A stretch of 64,000 bases of DNA from an uncultured Actinomycetes bacterium. GTDB lineage: Bacteria > Actinomycetota > Thermoleophilia > Gaiellales > JAICJC01. The number at the start of each line of letters is the position of its first letter. The stretch's first letter is position 1. The stretch lies in the NCBI GenBank assembly GCA_963731515.1, contig CAVSVU010000018.1, positions 114,424 through 178,423 on the forward strand. The letters are read 5' to 3'. The notes beneath the pieces are model-generated. The model searched no databases, was not told where the DNA came from, and saw only the letters and a program-made list of their open reading frames with translations. A program made the position numbers and the translations under genes. Of the stretch, positions 1 to 10,958 are shown piece by piece.

Positions 1-1
1 G

Positions 2-2278
2 TGGCCGACGGACACGACGACGCTCACGCTCAACGACCTGAGCACCGACCCGGGCGTCTTCGACCCGCAGTTCTCGTGGACGCCGGTCGCCGGCGCCGCC
101 TACTACAAGGTCGACGTCAGCTCCGACCCCGACTTCCCCAGCGGCTCCATCGTCTGCTGCGACGGCGAGACTGTCGCCACGTCGATGACGCCGACGACGC
201 TGCTCCCGTCCTCGCAGGCCTACTACTGGCGGGTGACGCCGTACGACGCCTCCAACCAGGCCGGCACGTCCACCGTGTGGTCGGACAACAACGGCGACCC
301 GCAGACGTTCACGATCACGTTCGACACGGCCGGGCCGTCGATCCCGAACCTGTCCATGCGCGACTCGAGCTTCGATCCGATCGCCTGGAGCTCGGGCGGG
401 ATGGACACCGACACGCCGATCGTCGGCTGGAGCGACGTCCCCGGCGCCGCGTTCTACGAGGTGCAGGTGTCGCCCTACTCGAACTCGGCCTGCGACTGGG
501 CGACGAAGACCTGGGACGTCGACACCGTCACGACGGCGTGGACGCCGCTCGGTGACAGCCACAATGCCATCGGCGACCCGGTACCGCAGAGCCAGGCCAA
601 CCTCGCCACCGACCTGCCCGCCCTGAGCGGCGCCTGGTGCGTGCGCGTCAAGGCCCACCGCAGCGAGGACACGAGCCACAACTCGGTGTACGGCGCGTGG
701 TCGTACGTCGGCGACGGCAGCGGCCCGTCCTTCACCTTCACCGGCTACCCGTCCGGCAGCCCGTGCCAGTCGTGCACGAACGGCTACCTGGGGTCGGCCG
801 ACTACCTGCTGCCGCAGACCGGCGCATCCAGCGCCGACATGCCCGTGTTCACCTGGAACCCGATCCAGGGCGCCCAGAGCTACTACGTGGTCGTCTCGAC
901 CGACCAGTCGTTCACGAACATCGTCGACTACGCGTTCACGAAGGTGCCGGCGTACGCGCCCCGCGCCGGCCTGACCGGCGTCACGAACTACCCGAACGGC
1001 ACGTACTACTGGGCCGTCCTGCCCGCGACCAACCTCGACGGGACGGGCGTCTCCGCCGACCCCTCGCTGGCGCCGGTGAAGTCGTTCACGAAGCAGGTGA
1101 CCGCGCCGACGCTCTCGCCGGTGACGATCTCCGGCCTCGGCCCGGTGCTCCAGTGGTCGCCGGTCCAGGGCGCCATCGACTACCACGTGCAGATCTCCGA
1201 CACGAGCGACTTCAGCAAGCTGACGCCGCCGGACGGGATCGACCAGAAAGTGGCCGAGACGTCCTACACGGCCGGCTCGACGCTGCCCGCCAACAAGACC
1301 ATCTACTGGCGGGTCGAGGCCGAGGCCGAGGGCAACTTCGGCTCGACGATCGGCCTCGGCCGCTCGCCGCGGGGCCAGTTCTCGACCACGCTCGGCGTGC
1401 CCAGCTTCACCGCGCCGACGAACTTCCCCAACGCCAACTCGGGCAGCACGATCCCGGTGTGGCAGTGGAACCCGGTCACGGGCGCCGCGTCCTATGACGT
1501 GCACCTCACGTGCGCCGTGGGCGCGAGCTGCTCGGACGGCAACTTCGACACCACCGCAGCCGTCATGACGGCCTCGACCGGCACGCAGCCGCTGCAGTGG
1601 CAGGTGCGGGCCGAGTTCCCGACGGTGCAGTTCGGCGTGCCCGGCCAGGCAGTCCCCGGCAACTACACGAGCCAGCAGAACTACACCGCCACCATCCCGG
1701 CGCCGGCAGGTCTCTCGTCGGTGGCCTCGGGCGCGCACACCTTCTCGATGGCGTGGTCGCCCGTGAACGGGATGAAGGACTACAAGGTGGAGGTGTCGAC
1801 CTCGCCGGCGACCAACTCGGACGGCTCGTTCGTGAGCACGGTCGAGCAGATCACGACCTACACGCCCAACGCGGCGCCGCGGATCATGAACCTGTTCACC
1901 CAGCCGAACGCCTACACCAACGGCGGCACCCTGTACTGGCACGTGGCTGCCCTGGACGCCGGCGACAACGTCGGCGCCTACAGCGCCACGCAGACGTTCA
2001 AGCTGCCGGCGAAGATCATCGTCGCCAGCCCGAGCTCCTACGTGGCGCACGGGATGACGACGACGATCACGATCACGACCAAGGACTCCAAGAACCACGC
2101 CATCGCGGGCGCCACGGTGAAGATCTCCGGCGGCGGCATCACGGCCGTGTCCAAGAAGTCCACGTCGGCCGGCAAGGTGACGTTCAAGGTGCACCCCAAG
2201 AAGAGCGGGGGCAAGCTGACCATCACCGCCACCAAGACCGGTCTGCAGAACGGCACGCTGACCCTGCCCGTCTTCTAG
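2..2278 (+). CDS. Large secreted/surface protein with tandem FN3/Ig-like beta-sandwich repeats (5' truncated by window)
   Basis: Frame open from position 2 into the 185..2278 ORF. Recurrent units 'P-x-F-x-W-x-P-V-x-G-A-x-x-Y-x-V-x-V-S ... Y-Y-W-R-V-x-A'. Ser/Thr-rich, with a basic C-terminal Ig-like domain. Confidence 0.7.
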   Translation, partial: WPTDTTTLTLNDLSTDPGVFDPQFSWTPVAGAAYYKVDVSSDPDFPSGSIVCCDGETVATSMTPTTLLPSSQAYYWRVTPYDASNQAGTSTVWSDNNGDPQTFTITFDTAGPSIPNLSMRDSSFDPIAWSSGGMDTDTPIVGWSDVPGAAFYEVQVSPYSNSACDWATKTWDVDTVTTAWTPLGDSHNAIGDPVPQSQANLATDLPALSGAWCVRVKAHRSEDTSHNSVYGAWSYVGDGSGPSFTFTGYPSGSPCQSCTNGYLGSADYLLPQTGASSADMPVFTWNPIQGAQSYYVVVSTDQSFTNIVDYAFTKVPAYAPRAGLTGVTNYPNGTYYWAVLPATNLDGTGVSADPSLAPVKSFTKQVTAPTLSPVTISGLGPVLQWSPVQGAIDYHVQISDTSDFSKLTPPDGIDQKVAETSYTAGSTLPANKTIYWRVEAEAEGNFGSTIGLGRSPRGQFSTTLGVPSFTAPTNFPNANSGSTIPVWQWNPVTGAASYDVHLTCAVGASCSDGNFDTTAAVMTASTGTQPLQWQVRAEFPTVQFGVPGQAVPGNYTSQQNYTATIPAPAGLSSVASGAHTFSMAWSPVNGMKDYKVEVSTSPATNSDGSFVSTVEQITTYTPNAAPRIMNLFTQPNAYTNGGTLYWHVAALDAGDNVGAYSATQTFKLPAKIIVASPSSYVAHGMTTTITITTKDSKNHAIAGATVKISGGGITAVSKKSTSAGKVTFKVHPKKSGGKLTITATKTGLQNGTLTLPVF

Positions 2279-2308
2279 GCCCCATCCCGACGGGACCCCG
2301 CCCGGCGC

Positions 2309-3280
2309 TCAGTCGTCGGGCGGGGTCGCCGCCGGGCTCCGCCGGCGGGCGGCGAGGGGTGCCGCCCACGGCGCCGCGAGCCGGCCGACGAGCACGGCCA
2401 GCAGGGCCAGGATGGCGATCGGGATCACGTAGCCGGCGCCGACGATGACGCCGCTGACGACCGCGGTGGCCGCATCGGCGCCGCGGGCTCCGGCCTTCCA
2501 GATCGCCGTCGCGTGCTGCGGCGGCGCCGGCCGTGCGCCGGCCTCGTGGACGGCGATCGAGATCGTCGACATCGCGGTGCGGTCGTGCAGGTAGTTGAGC
2601 TCGCCCTGGATCTCCTCCATCTGCAGCTCGACGCCCTGCAGGACGCCCTGCACCCGGATCGTGTCGGAGACGCTCACAGCGCGGCGCATGAGGGCGCGCA
2701 GCGCCCGCTGCTGCGACTCGAGGTTGCCGAGCCGGGCGCCGAGGTTGACGAGCTGGCGGGTGACGTCGCGCCCGGACACGACCTCGTTGGTGGGCCGCCC
2801 CAGCCCCTCGACGGCCACCCGTGCGCGATTGAAGGCGTGCGCCGGGACGCGCATGACGAGCGTTCCGTCGTGCACCTTCGTCCCGAACGACGTGCTGCGG
2901 CTGACATAGCCCCCGAACCGGAGCGCGATCTGGTTGGCCGCGTCCATCGCCTTCCCGAACCGGCCGTGGCGGACGCGCAGGTCGAGGGTGGCCGTCTTGA
3001 TGACGGCCGAGGGGACGGGCACCGACGCATCCACGCGCACGCCGGTCGAGCCCGCCGACGCGGCGCTCCCGGAACCTTGCGCCGCCCCCGCCGGGGCGGC
3101 TGCGGCGCGGAGGATCTTGCCGTTCGCAGGTGCGAGGGCGGCGGCCTTTGGCGCGGCCCCGCCGCCCGATCCGCCTGTGGACGACCCCGAGCCGCCGGCA
3201 CACCCCGCCGCGGCGCCGGCGAGCCCCGAGAGCACCACCGTCGCCGCCGTCACAACCGCCGCTCGCCGCATCACCGTCAT
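2309..3280 (-). CDS. DUF4349-family lipoprotein/membrane protein
   Basis: Signal peptide with AAGC lipobox-like site, 'VIKTATLDLRV...GGYV...LVMRVP...GRDVT' core, coiled coil and C-terminal TM helix. Confidence 0.7.
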   Translation of the reverse strand: MTVMRRAAVVTAATVVLSGLAGAAAGCAGGSGSSTGGSGGGAAPKAAALAPANGKILRAAAAPAGAAQGSGSAASAGSTGVRVDASVPVPSAVIKTATLDLRVRHGRFGKAMDAANQIALRFGGYVSRSTSFGTKVHDGTLVMRVPAHAFNRARVAVEGLGRPTNEVVSGRDVTRQLVNLGARLGNLESQQRALRALMRRAVSVSDTIRVQGVLQGVELQMEEIQGELNYLHDRTAMSTISIAVHEAGARPAPPQHATAIWKAGARGADAATAVVSGVIVGAGYVIPIAILALLAVLVGRLAAPWAAPLAARRRSPAATPPDD

Positions 3281-3308
3281 CGCGCCACCCCTTCGCAGTC
3301 GATGTCAC

Positions 3309-4406
3309 TCAGACGCGGGAAGCGGCCCGGCGGTTCCCCGATGCTGGTGTCTTCGCCGTGACGCGGCTGCGAGCGGCCCCGATAGCCGCCTCGACGGCCT
3401 GCCGGTCGGGGCCGCACACGAGGATCCACTCCGTGTTGCGCAGGTGGGACACCCGGCCCACCCGCTCGCCGGCGGGGTTGTGGATCCCGATCTGCGCGCC
3501 CACGTAGCGCTTGAAGTCGACGTGCAGCACGCCCACGTGGCCACGTCCGCGCAGGCGTTCCGCGACGGCGGCCGGATCGTGGAAGCCCTCGTCCGAGAGC
3601 GAGACGACGATCCACGGCGTCGGCAGCCGGCCGAGCAGGTCGTCGAGCGCCGTCCAGGCATCGCGGCGCGAGTTGTAGGCGCTCTTGCGCGTGCGGCAGT
3701 CCGACCGCTTGCACGCCACGCCGTAGTGCTCGGGCCGGTCGCCGCGGACGAGCGTCTCCCACACGTGGTAGTTGCCCAGGTAGGAGTGCTGGTTGTACGG
3801 CGGATCGACGTACGCCAGGTCGATCCCGGCAAGGGCGGGCGCGAGCTCGTTCGCGTCCGCACAGGTGACCGTGCCGGCCGGCCCCGCGATCGGCTCCGGC
3901 TCGCGCAGCTGGAGCGGGTTGGACGCGCGCGGCGCCCACCGCTTCAGGTAGGCCATCTGCACGCCGCAGGTGGAGTCGACCCGGTCGGCGGCCTCGACCA
4001 GGCTCGTCAGGAGCAGGCCCCGCTCGACGGGATCGAGCTCGAGCCGGTCGATCCCCGCCCGCGCGGCGTCGATGCGCATGCCGTTCTCCGGCCGGAAGTA
4101 CCGCGATGCCCGGCAGAACGTCTCGGTCACGTAGCCGTCGACGGGCGGGAGCACCGCGAGCTCGGCCAGCAGGCGGCGCAGGCGAGCGCGGTCGACCGGG
4201 GCGCCGGCGGCGATGTAGGCCAGGCCGAACGCCTCCGAGAACGCGGTGACGTCGTTCGAGACGACGGCCAGGCCGCGGCGGCGCAGCTCCTGGCCGACCC
4301 GGGTCGTCCCCGCGAAGAGATCGACGGCCGATCGGGCCGGCAGGGCCGACGCCAGCGCGCCGATGACGGGCACCAGCGTCCGCTTCGACCCCAGGTACTT
4401 GATCAC
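3309..4406 (-). CDS. DNA adenine methyltransferase (D12/FokI-like class), apparently orphan
   Basis: N-terminal 'KYLGSK', motif I 'DLFAGT', motif IV 'YVDPPYN'. Confidence 0.85.
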   Translation of the reverse strand: MIKYLGSKRTLVPVIGALASALPARSAVDLFAGTTRVGQELRRRGLAVVSNDVTAFSEAFGLAYIAAGAPVDRARLRRLLAELAVLPPVDGYVTETFCRASRYFRPENGMRIDAARAGIDRLELDPVERGLLLTSLVEAADRVDSTCGVQMAYLKRWAPRASNPLQLREPEPIAGPAGTVTCADANELAPALAGIDLAYVDPPYNQHSYLGNYHVWETLVRGDRPEHYGVACKRSDCRTRKSAYNSRRDAWTALDDLLGRLPTPWIVVSLSDEGFHDPAAVAERLRGRGHVGVLHVDFKRYVGAQIGIHNPAGERVGRVSHLRNTEWILVCGPDRQAVEAAIGAARSRVTAKTPASGNRRAASRV

Positions 4407-4442
4407 GGCCAGAACCTAGCCAGCCGCCCGGCCGGCGGGGGG

Positions 4443-5229
4443 TCAGGGCGTCGGGTTGGCGGGGTTGGTCGAGCTCGGCGTCGACTTGGCGAGCAGCTTG
4501 AACTGGGTGATCTGCTGCTCGAGCTGCCTGCGCTGCGCCTTGGTCAGGTTCGGGCTCAGCGCCACGTAGCGCTCGAGCGCCGTCGCCACGGTCGCGTAGC
4601 CCTGCGTGGCGTAGGCATCGCGGGCCAGCAGCAGCTGGTAGGAGGCGTTGCGCGGCGAGAGCTTGACGAGCTTCTGGCGGAAGCCCATCGCCTGGGCGAA
4701 GTCGGAGACGGCGCTCGACTCGAGGGTCGAGGCGACCGTGGTCGCCGGCTGGGCGAGGGTGGTCATCAGCGGATGCGTCAGCGCCGGCGCCAGCTTCAGC
4801 GAGCTGGCCGCGGTGGCGGTGCCGACCTGGGTGTAGGCCGCGGCGGCCGCCTGGGCCTGCTGCACCTTGGCTCGCCTCGGTCTGGCCGCGCTGCTCGAGC
4901 AGCGTCGCGGCGGCCGAGAGCGCGGTCTGGTTGTCCGGCTTCAGGCCCACGTAGGTCTGGAACGACGAGATCGCCTGGTCGGTCTGCCCGTCGGCCTGGT
5001 AGGCCCGGGCCAGCTGCAGCCACGCGTTGGCGTCCTTCGGGTGGGACTGCACCCGCGAGCTCAGGTCGGAGATCGACGTGCCGCTCGAGCCGCCCGTGTT
5101 GAACAGGTCGCCGAGGTTGATGCCGCTCGCGCCCTGGCCGATGCCCAGCGCGACGAATCCCAGCCCGAACATGAAGGCCAGGAAGATGAAGACCGGCTTC
5201 TGGGTGCGACGGATGCGTTCGAAGAGCAC
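4443..5229 (-). CDS. Membrane-anchored tetratricopeptide-repeat protein (apparent +1 frameshift near 4870)
   Basis: N-terminal TM helix, then 'PKDANAWLQLARAYQADGQTDQAISSF' TPR. Continues in another frame as ORF 4443..4865 with a further TPR ('SPRNASYQLLLARDAY'). Confidence 0.7.
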
Positions 5230-5233
5230 TGGA

Positions 5234-6434
5234 TCAGCCCGGCTGCGCCTGGATCATCTTCGCCCGTGCGGCGGTGGCGCCGGGGATGTCCCGCTCGCCA
5301 CGTCTGTAGCGTATCTCGCCGGCCACCATCGCAAGTGCGACCCGCTCGGGCGACCCGCCGTAGACGGCGGCCGTGACCGGGTCGTCCCAGGGCAGGAAGG
5401 CCGAGCCGGTCATGTCGAGCACGATCAGGTCGGCCGCCTTCCCGGGGGTGAGCGAGCCGATGGCCCCCGAGAGCCCGATCGCATCGGCCGCCCGCGCCGT
5501 CGCGAGCTCGAGCGCGGTCTGGGCCGAGAGCGCGTCCGCGCGGCCGGTGCGGGCCCGCTGGAGCATGACCGCGGTGCGCATCTCGGCCCACATGTCGAAG
5601 TCGATCGCCGACGAGGGCGAGTCGGTGCCGAGCCCCACCCGCACGCCGGCGTCCAGGAGGTCGGTCAGCGGGGCGATGCCGCACCCGAGCAGGGCGTTCG
5701 AGCGGGGGCAGTGCGCGACCGGGACGTCCAGCTCGGCCAGGAGGGCGATGTCGGCCTCGTTCGCGAGCACCGCGTGGATCGCGACGGTGTCGGGGCCGAG
5801 GACGTCGCGGAAGGCGTCCAGGTGCTCGGTCTCGCGGGTCGACTCGAGCAGGTGGGTCGCGACGGGCAGCCCCCGGCGGCGGGCGAGGGCGACCAGCATG
5901 GCGTAGTCGGAGTGCGTGACCGTGAACGGGGCGTGCGGCGAGACGCCGGCGGTCACGAGCTCCGAGACGGGCAGCGCGTCGAGCGCCGCCTCGATCCGGC
6001 CCTCGAGCCCCTCCCAGACGCTGAACCCCTCCAGGTAGACGATCGCCCGCAGGCCCGCCTCACCGGCCGCCTGTGCCACGGTGCCGGCGTAGCAGCAGTC
6101 CGCGACGGTGGTGACGCCGCCGGCCAGGCAGGCGGCCGCGCCGGCCCGGGCCTGGTCGAGCAGGTCGGTCTCCGACTGGGTGTCCTTGCGGCGGATGTGG
6201 TCGGCGATCCAGGGCGAGAACGGCATCCCGTCGCCGAACCCCGCCATGGCGGTGTACTCGAGGTGCGTGTGCGCGTTCACGAGGCCGGGCAGGATCACGG
6301 CGTCCGCGAACCGCTCGTCCTCGTCGCCGTTCGCCGGGCCGGACCGCGACGATGCGGTCGTCCTCCACCTCGACGCAGCCGTCGGCGATCGGCGGGCCGT
6401 CCACCGGGACGACCCAGTCGGCCCCGAGGATCAC
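5234..6434 (-). CDS. Metal-dependent amidohydrolase (MTA/SAH or guanine deaminase-like; apparent +1 frameshift near 6335)
   Basis: 'ILPGLVNAHTH', 'PHAPFTV', 'HCPRSN', 'GLGTDS', 'GSLTPGKAADL'. N-terminal part lies in ORF 6060..6434. Confidence 0.85.
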
Positions 6435-7195
6435 GCGAAGGGCTCGGACAGGATGTCGGAGATGCCCCGCTTGGGCTCGACGGCCTTCACGAGGAAGTAG
6501 GAGAACCAGTAGAGCACCAGCATCGGCAGGTACTCGGCGGTCATGGTGACGGGGTCGGTGCCCGGCAGCAGGGCGGCGATGACGGCCAGGACGACGACCG
6601 CCTCGCGCCAGCGCCGCTTCATCATCGACGAGCGCAGGATGCCGACCCGGCCCAGCATCATCATCACGACCGGCAGCTCGAACACGATCCCCATCGCCAG
6701 CTCGGTGTACGCCACGAAGTGGATGTAGTCGCTGGCCCGCGGCAGGTAGGTGATGACGTCGCTGTTGTAGTTCACGAGGAATCGCAGGGCGGCCGGCACG
6801 ACGATGAACCAGCCGAACACGACGCCGATCAGGAACAGGCCCGGGATCATCAGGAGCATCGGCTTGATCGTGCGCTGCGACTCCTCGGAGAACGCCGGGA
6901 TCACGTAGGCGTAGAACTGGTAGCTCAGGATCGGCAGGGCGATCAGGAGGCCGCCGTAGACCGAGATCGTGATCGCGTTGAAGAAGGCCTCGCCCGGCGC
7001 GAACGCCACCAGCTGGCGATGGTGCGCCGGGAGCGCGCTCGTCAGCAGGTGGTAGATGCGGTGGTTCTCGTAGTAGCAGGCGGCGACGGCCACCACGAGC
7101 ACCGAGATCGAGACGATCAGACGTGTGCGCAGCTCATCCAGATGCTCGACGAGGGTCAGCTCGTCGTCCGGCCTTGCGCGCCGAATCCGCCCCAT
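6431..7195 (-). CDS. tatC: Twin-arginine translocase subunit TatC
   Basis: 'LVEHLDELRTRL', 'FELPV', 'PGTDPVTM', six TM helices. Confidence 0.95.
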   Translation of the reverse strand: MGRIRRARPDDELTLVEHLDELRTRLIVSISVLVVAVAACYYENHRIYHLLTSALPAHHRQLVAFAPGEAFFNAITISVYGGLLIALPILSYQFYAYVIPAFSEESQRTIKPMLLMIPGLFLIGVVFGWFIVVPAALRFLVNYNSDVITYLPRASDYIHFVAYTELAMGIVFELPVVMMMLGRVGILRSSMMKRRWREAVVVLAVIAALLPGTDPVTMTAEYLPMLVLYWFSYFLVKAVEPKRGISDILSEPFA

Positions 7196-7201
7196 TGCGG
7201 A

Positions 7202-7477
7202 TTACTCGCTCGCGCGAGGAGTCTGTTCGGGCGGTACGTACGCCGGTGGCGGCGTGTACGACTGCGGCGGCGTGTAGTTCGGCTGCGGCGGGTTGAGCGC
7301 CGACGCCTGATTCGTGGAGCCGCTGTCATGATCGTCGTTGCCCGTGATCCCGTCCTTGAACTCGCGGATCCCCTTGCCCAGCGAGCGGCCCGCCTCGGGC
7401 AACCGCTTGGGGCCAAGGAAGAGCAGCGCGACGACCAGGACGAGGATGACTTCGGGGATACCGAGTTGGAACGGCAT
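7202..7477 (-). CDS. tatA: Twin-arginine translocase subunit TatA
   Basis: 'GIPEVILVLVVALLFLGPKRLPEAGRSLGKGIREFK'. Confidence 0.95.
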   Translation of the reverse strand: MPFQLGIPEVILVLVVALLFLGPKRLPEAGRSLGKGIREFKDGITGNDDHDSGSTNQASALNPPQPNYTPPQSYTPPPAYVPPEQTPRASE

Positions 7478-7588
7478 TGTGCCTCCAGGGTAGCAGACCT
7501 CCGGAACGGGGAAAACCCCCGTTGGCTACACTTCGACGGCGTGTCCAATTCGGTTTGGATGCCGTTTTTCCCCGAAACCAAGGGACTC

Positions 7589-8357
<769 letters not shown>

Positions 8358-8365
<8 letters not shown>

Positions 8366-9779
8366 GACCGAGCTCACCCCCAAGGAGGCCCAGGCCACGG
8401 CGCTGGGCGACTACAAGTTCGGCTTCCACGACGACATGGTGCCGTTCTTCCGCACCCAGCGGGGCCTGAACGAGGAGATCGTGCGCGAGATCTCGGCCTA
8501 CAAGTCCGAGCCGGAGTGGATGACGGAGTTCCGGGTCAAGGCCTACCGCCACTTCGTGGAGCGCGAGCTGCCGAAGTGGGGCGGCGACCTCGGCCGGATC
8601 GACTTCGACAACATCTACTACTACCTGAAGCCCGTCGAGGAGCAGGCCCGCAGCTGGGACGACCTCCCGGACGGGATGCGGGAGACGTGGGACAAGCTGG
8701 GCATCCCCGAGGCCGAGAAGAAGTACCTGGCCGGCGTGGGCGCCCAGTACGAGTCCGAGGTCGTCTACCACAACCTGCAGAAGGACCTGGCCGACCAGGG
8801 CGTGCTGTTCGCGGACACCGACACCGGCCTGCGCGAGCACGAGGACCTCTTCCGCGAGCTCTTCGGCACGGTCATCCCGTACAACGACAACAAGTTCGCG
8901 GCGCTCAACTCGGCCGTCTGGTCGGGCGGCTCGTTCATCTACGTGCCGCCGGGCGTCAAGGTCGAGCTGCCGCTGCAGGCCTACTTCCGGATCAACGCCG
9001 AGAACATGGGCCAGTTCGAGCGCACGCTGATCATCGTCGACCGCGACGCCTACGTGCACTACGTCGAGGGCTGCACCGCGCCGATCTACTCGACCGACTC
9101 GCTGCACTCGGCCGTGGTCGAGATCATCGTCCGCGAGGGCGGGCGCTGCCGCTACACGACGATCCAGAACTGGTCGACGAACGTCTACAACCTCGTCACC
9201 AAGCGGGCCGTCGCCGAGAAGAACGCCACGATGGAGTGGGTCGACGGCAACCTCGGCTCGCAGCTCACCATGAAGTACCCGGCCGTCCTGCTCAAGGGCG
9301 AGGGCGCGCACGGCGAGGTGCTCTCGATCGCGTTCGCCGGCAAGGGCCAGCACCAGGATGCGGGCGGCAAGATCACCCACATGGCGCCGAACACGTCGTC
9401 GGTGATCACGTCGAAGTCGATCTCCAAGGACGGCGGCCGCAGCTCCTACCGCGGCCTCCTGCAGGTGAACGACGGCGCCGTCGGCTCGCGCTCCAAGGTG
9501 GTCTGCGACGCGCTCATCCTCGACGACGAGAGCCGCACCGACACCTACCCGTACATCGACATCAAGGAGAACGCGGTCGACATCGGCCACGAGGCGACCG
9601 TCTCCAAGATCGGCGACGAGCAGCTCTTCTACCTGATGAGCCGCGGCCTGACCGAGGCCGAGGCCTCGGCGATGGTCGTCTCGGGCTTCATCGAGCCGAT
9701 CACCAAGGAGCTCCCGCTGGAGTACGCCGTCGAGATGAACCGGCTGATCCAGCTGCAGATGGAGGGGTCGGTAGGCTGA
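8358..9779 (+). CDS. sufB: Fe-S cluster assembly protein SufB
   Basis: 'GQFERTLII', 'YVEGCTAP', 'HEATVSKI', 'LQMEGSVG'. TTG start overlaps the sufC stop region. Confidence 0.95.
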
Positions 9780-10927
9780 TGGCGGGTGTGACGGTGTCGG
9801 AGCCCGCCTGGCTCGCGGGCAAGCGCGCGGCTGCGCAGGCGACGTACGACGCGCTGCCGGTGCCGTCGAACCGCGAGGAGGCGTGGCGGTTCACGAACCT
9901 GCGCGGCTTCGACCCGGAGGCCTTTGCCGCCCACCCGGGCGCGTTCGCGCTGGACGGCGAGGCGGGCGGGGCCACGTTCGTGCGCCTGACGGACGCCGTC
10001 GACTCGCACCCGGAGATCCTCGAGCGCCATCTGGGCTCGGTCGTCGCGGACGGCGAGAAGTTCTCCGCCGCAAACGCTGCCCGCTGGTCCGACGGCGTGC
10101 TCCTCCACGTCCCCGCGGGCGTCGCGGTGGAAGCGCCGCTGCGGTCGGTGCTCGAGCTGGTCGAGGAGGGGTCCGCCCTCTACCACCGCGTCCTCGTCGT
10201 GCTCGAGCGGGGCGCGAAGGCGACGTTCGTCGAGGAGTACCGCTCCGAGGTGCCCGGCTATCTGAACGTCGTGGTGGAGCTCGTGGTCGCAGACGAAGCC
10301 CACCTGGAGTACGTCACGATCCAGCACCACCACCCCGAGACGCACCAGTTCGGCACCCACCGCGCCACGGTCGGCCGCGACGCCGAGCTCGACTGGGTGG
10401 CCGCGGCGCTCGGCGGGACGCGGGCCAAGTCGCGCATGGAGAGCCTGCTCGCCGGCCCCGGCGCGCACGTCAAGGTCACCGGCGCCTACTACCTGACCGG
10501 GCGCGAGCACATCGACTACGACACCACCCAGGAGCATGCCGCCCCGAACACGACCTCCGACCTCGCTTTCAAGGGCGTCCTGGCGGATCGCTCGCGGGCG
10601 GTCTGGCGCGGGGTCATCCGGGTGGACAAGGGCGCGCAGAAGACCGACGCCTACCAGGAGAACCGCAATCTCCTGCTCTCCCCCGACGCGCAGGCGACGC
10701 CGATCCCCGGCCTCGAGATCGAGGCCAACGACGTGCGCTGCACCCACGGCGCGACCGTCGGCCAGGTGGACAGCGCCCAGATCTTCTACCTGATGTCCCG
10801 CGGGCTCGACCGGGCATCCGCCCAGCGGATGATCGTGCGCGGCTTCTTCGAGGATGTGCTCGACCGCATCGGCTCGACGCAGGCCCGCGAGCGGCTGGCC
10901 GCGGCGCTCGAGTCGCGCATCGGCTGA
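9779..10927 (+). CDS. sufD: Fe-S cluster assembly protein SufD
   Basis: 'EEAWRFT', 'AQKTDAYQ', 'PGLEIEANDVRCTHGATVG'. Confidence 0.93.
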   Translation: MAGVTVSEPAWLAGKRAAAQATYDALPVPSNREEAWRFTNLRGFDPEAFAAHPGAFALDGEAGGATFVRLTDAVDSHPEILERHLGSVVADGEKFSAANAARWSDGVLLHVPAGVAVEAPLRSVLELVEEGSALYHRVLVVLERGAKATFVEEYRSEVPGYLNVVVELVVADEAHLEYVTIQHHHPETHQFGTHRATVGRDAELDWVAAALGGTRAKSRMESLLAGPGAHVKVTGAYYLTGREHIDYDTTQEHAAPNTTSDLAFKGVLADRSRAVWRGVIRVDKGAQKTDAYQENRNLLLSPDAQATPIPGLEIEANDVRCTHGATVGQVDSAQIFYLMSRGLDRASAQRMIVRGFFEDVLDRIGSTQARERLAAALESRIG

Positions 10928-10958
10928 CCGCCCGACCGGGCGCGCATACACTCACCGT

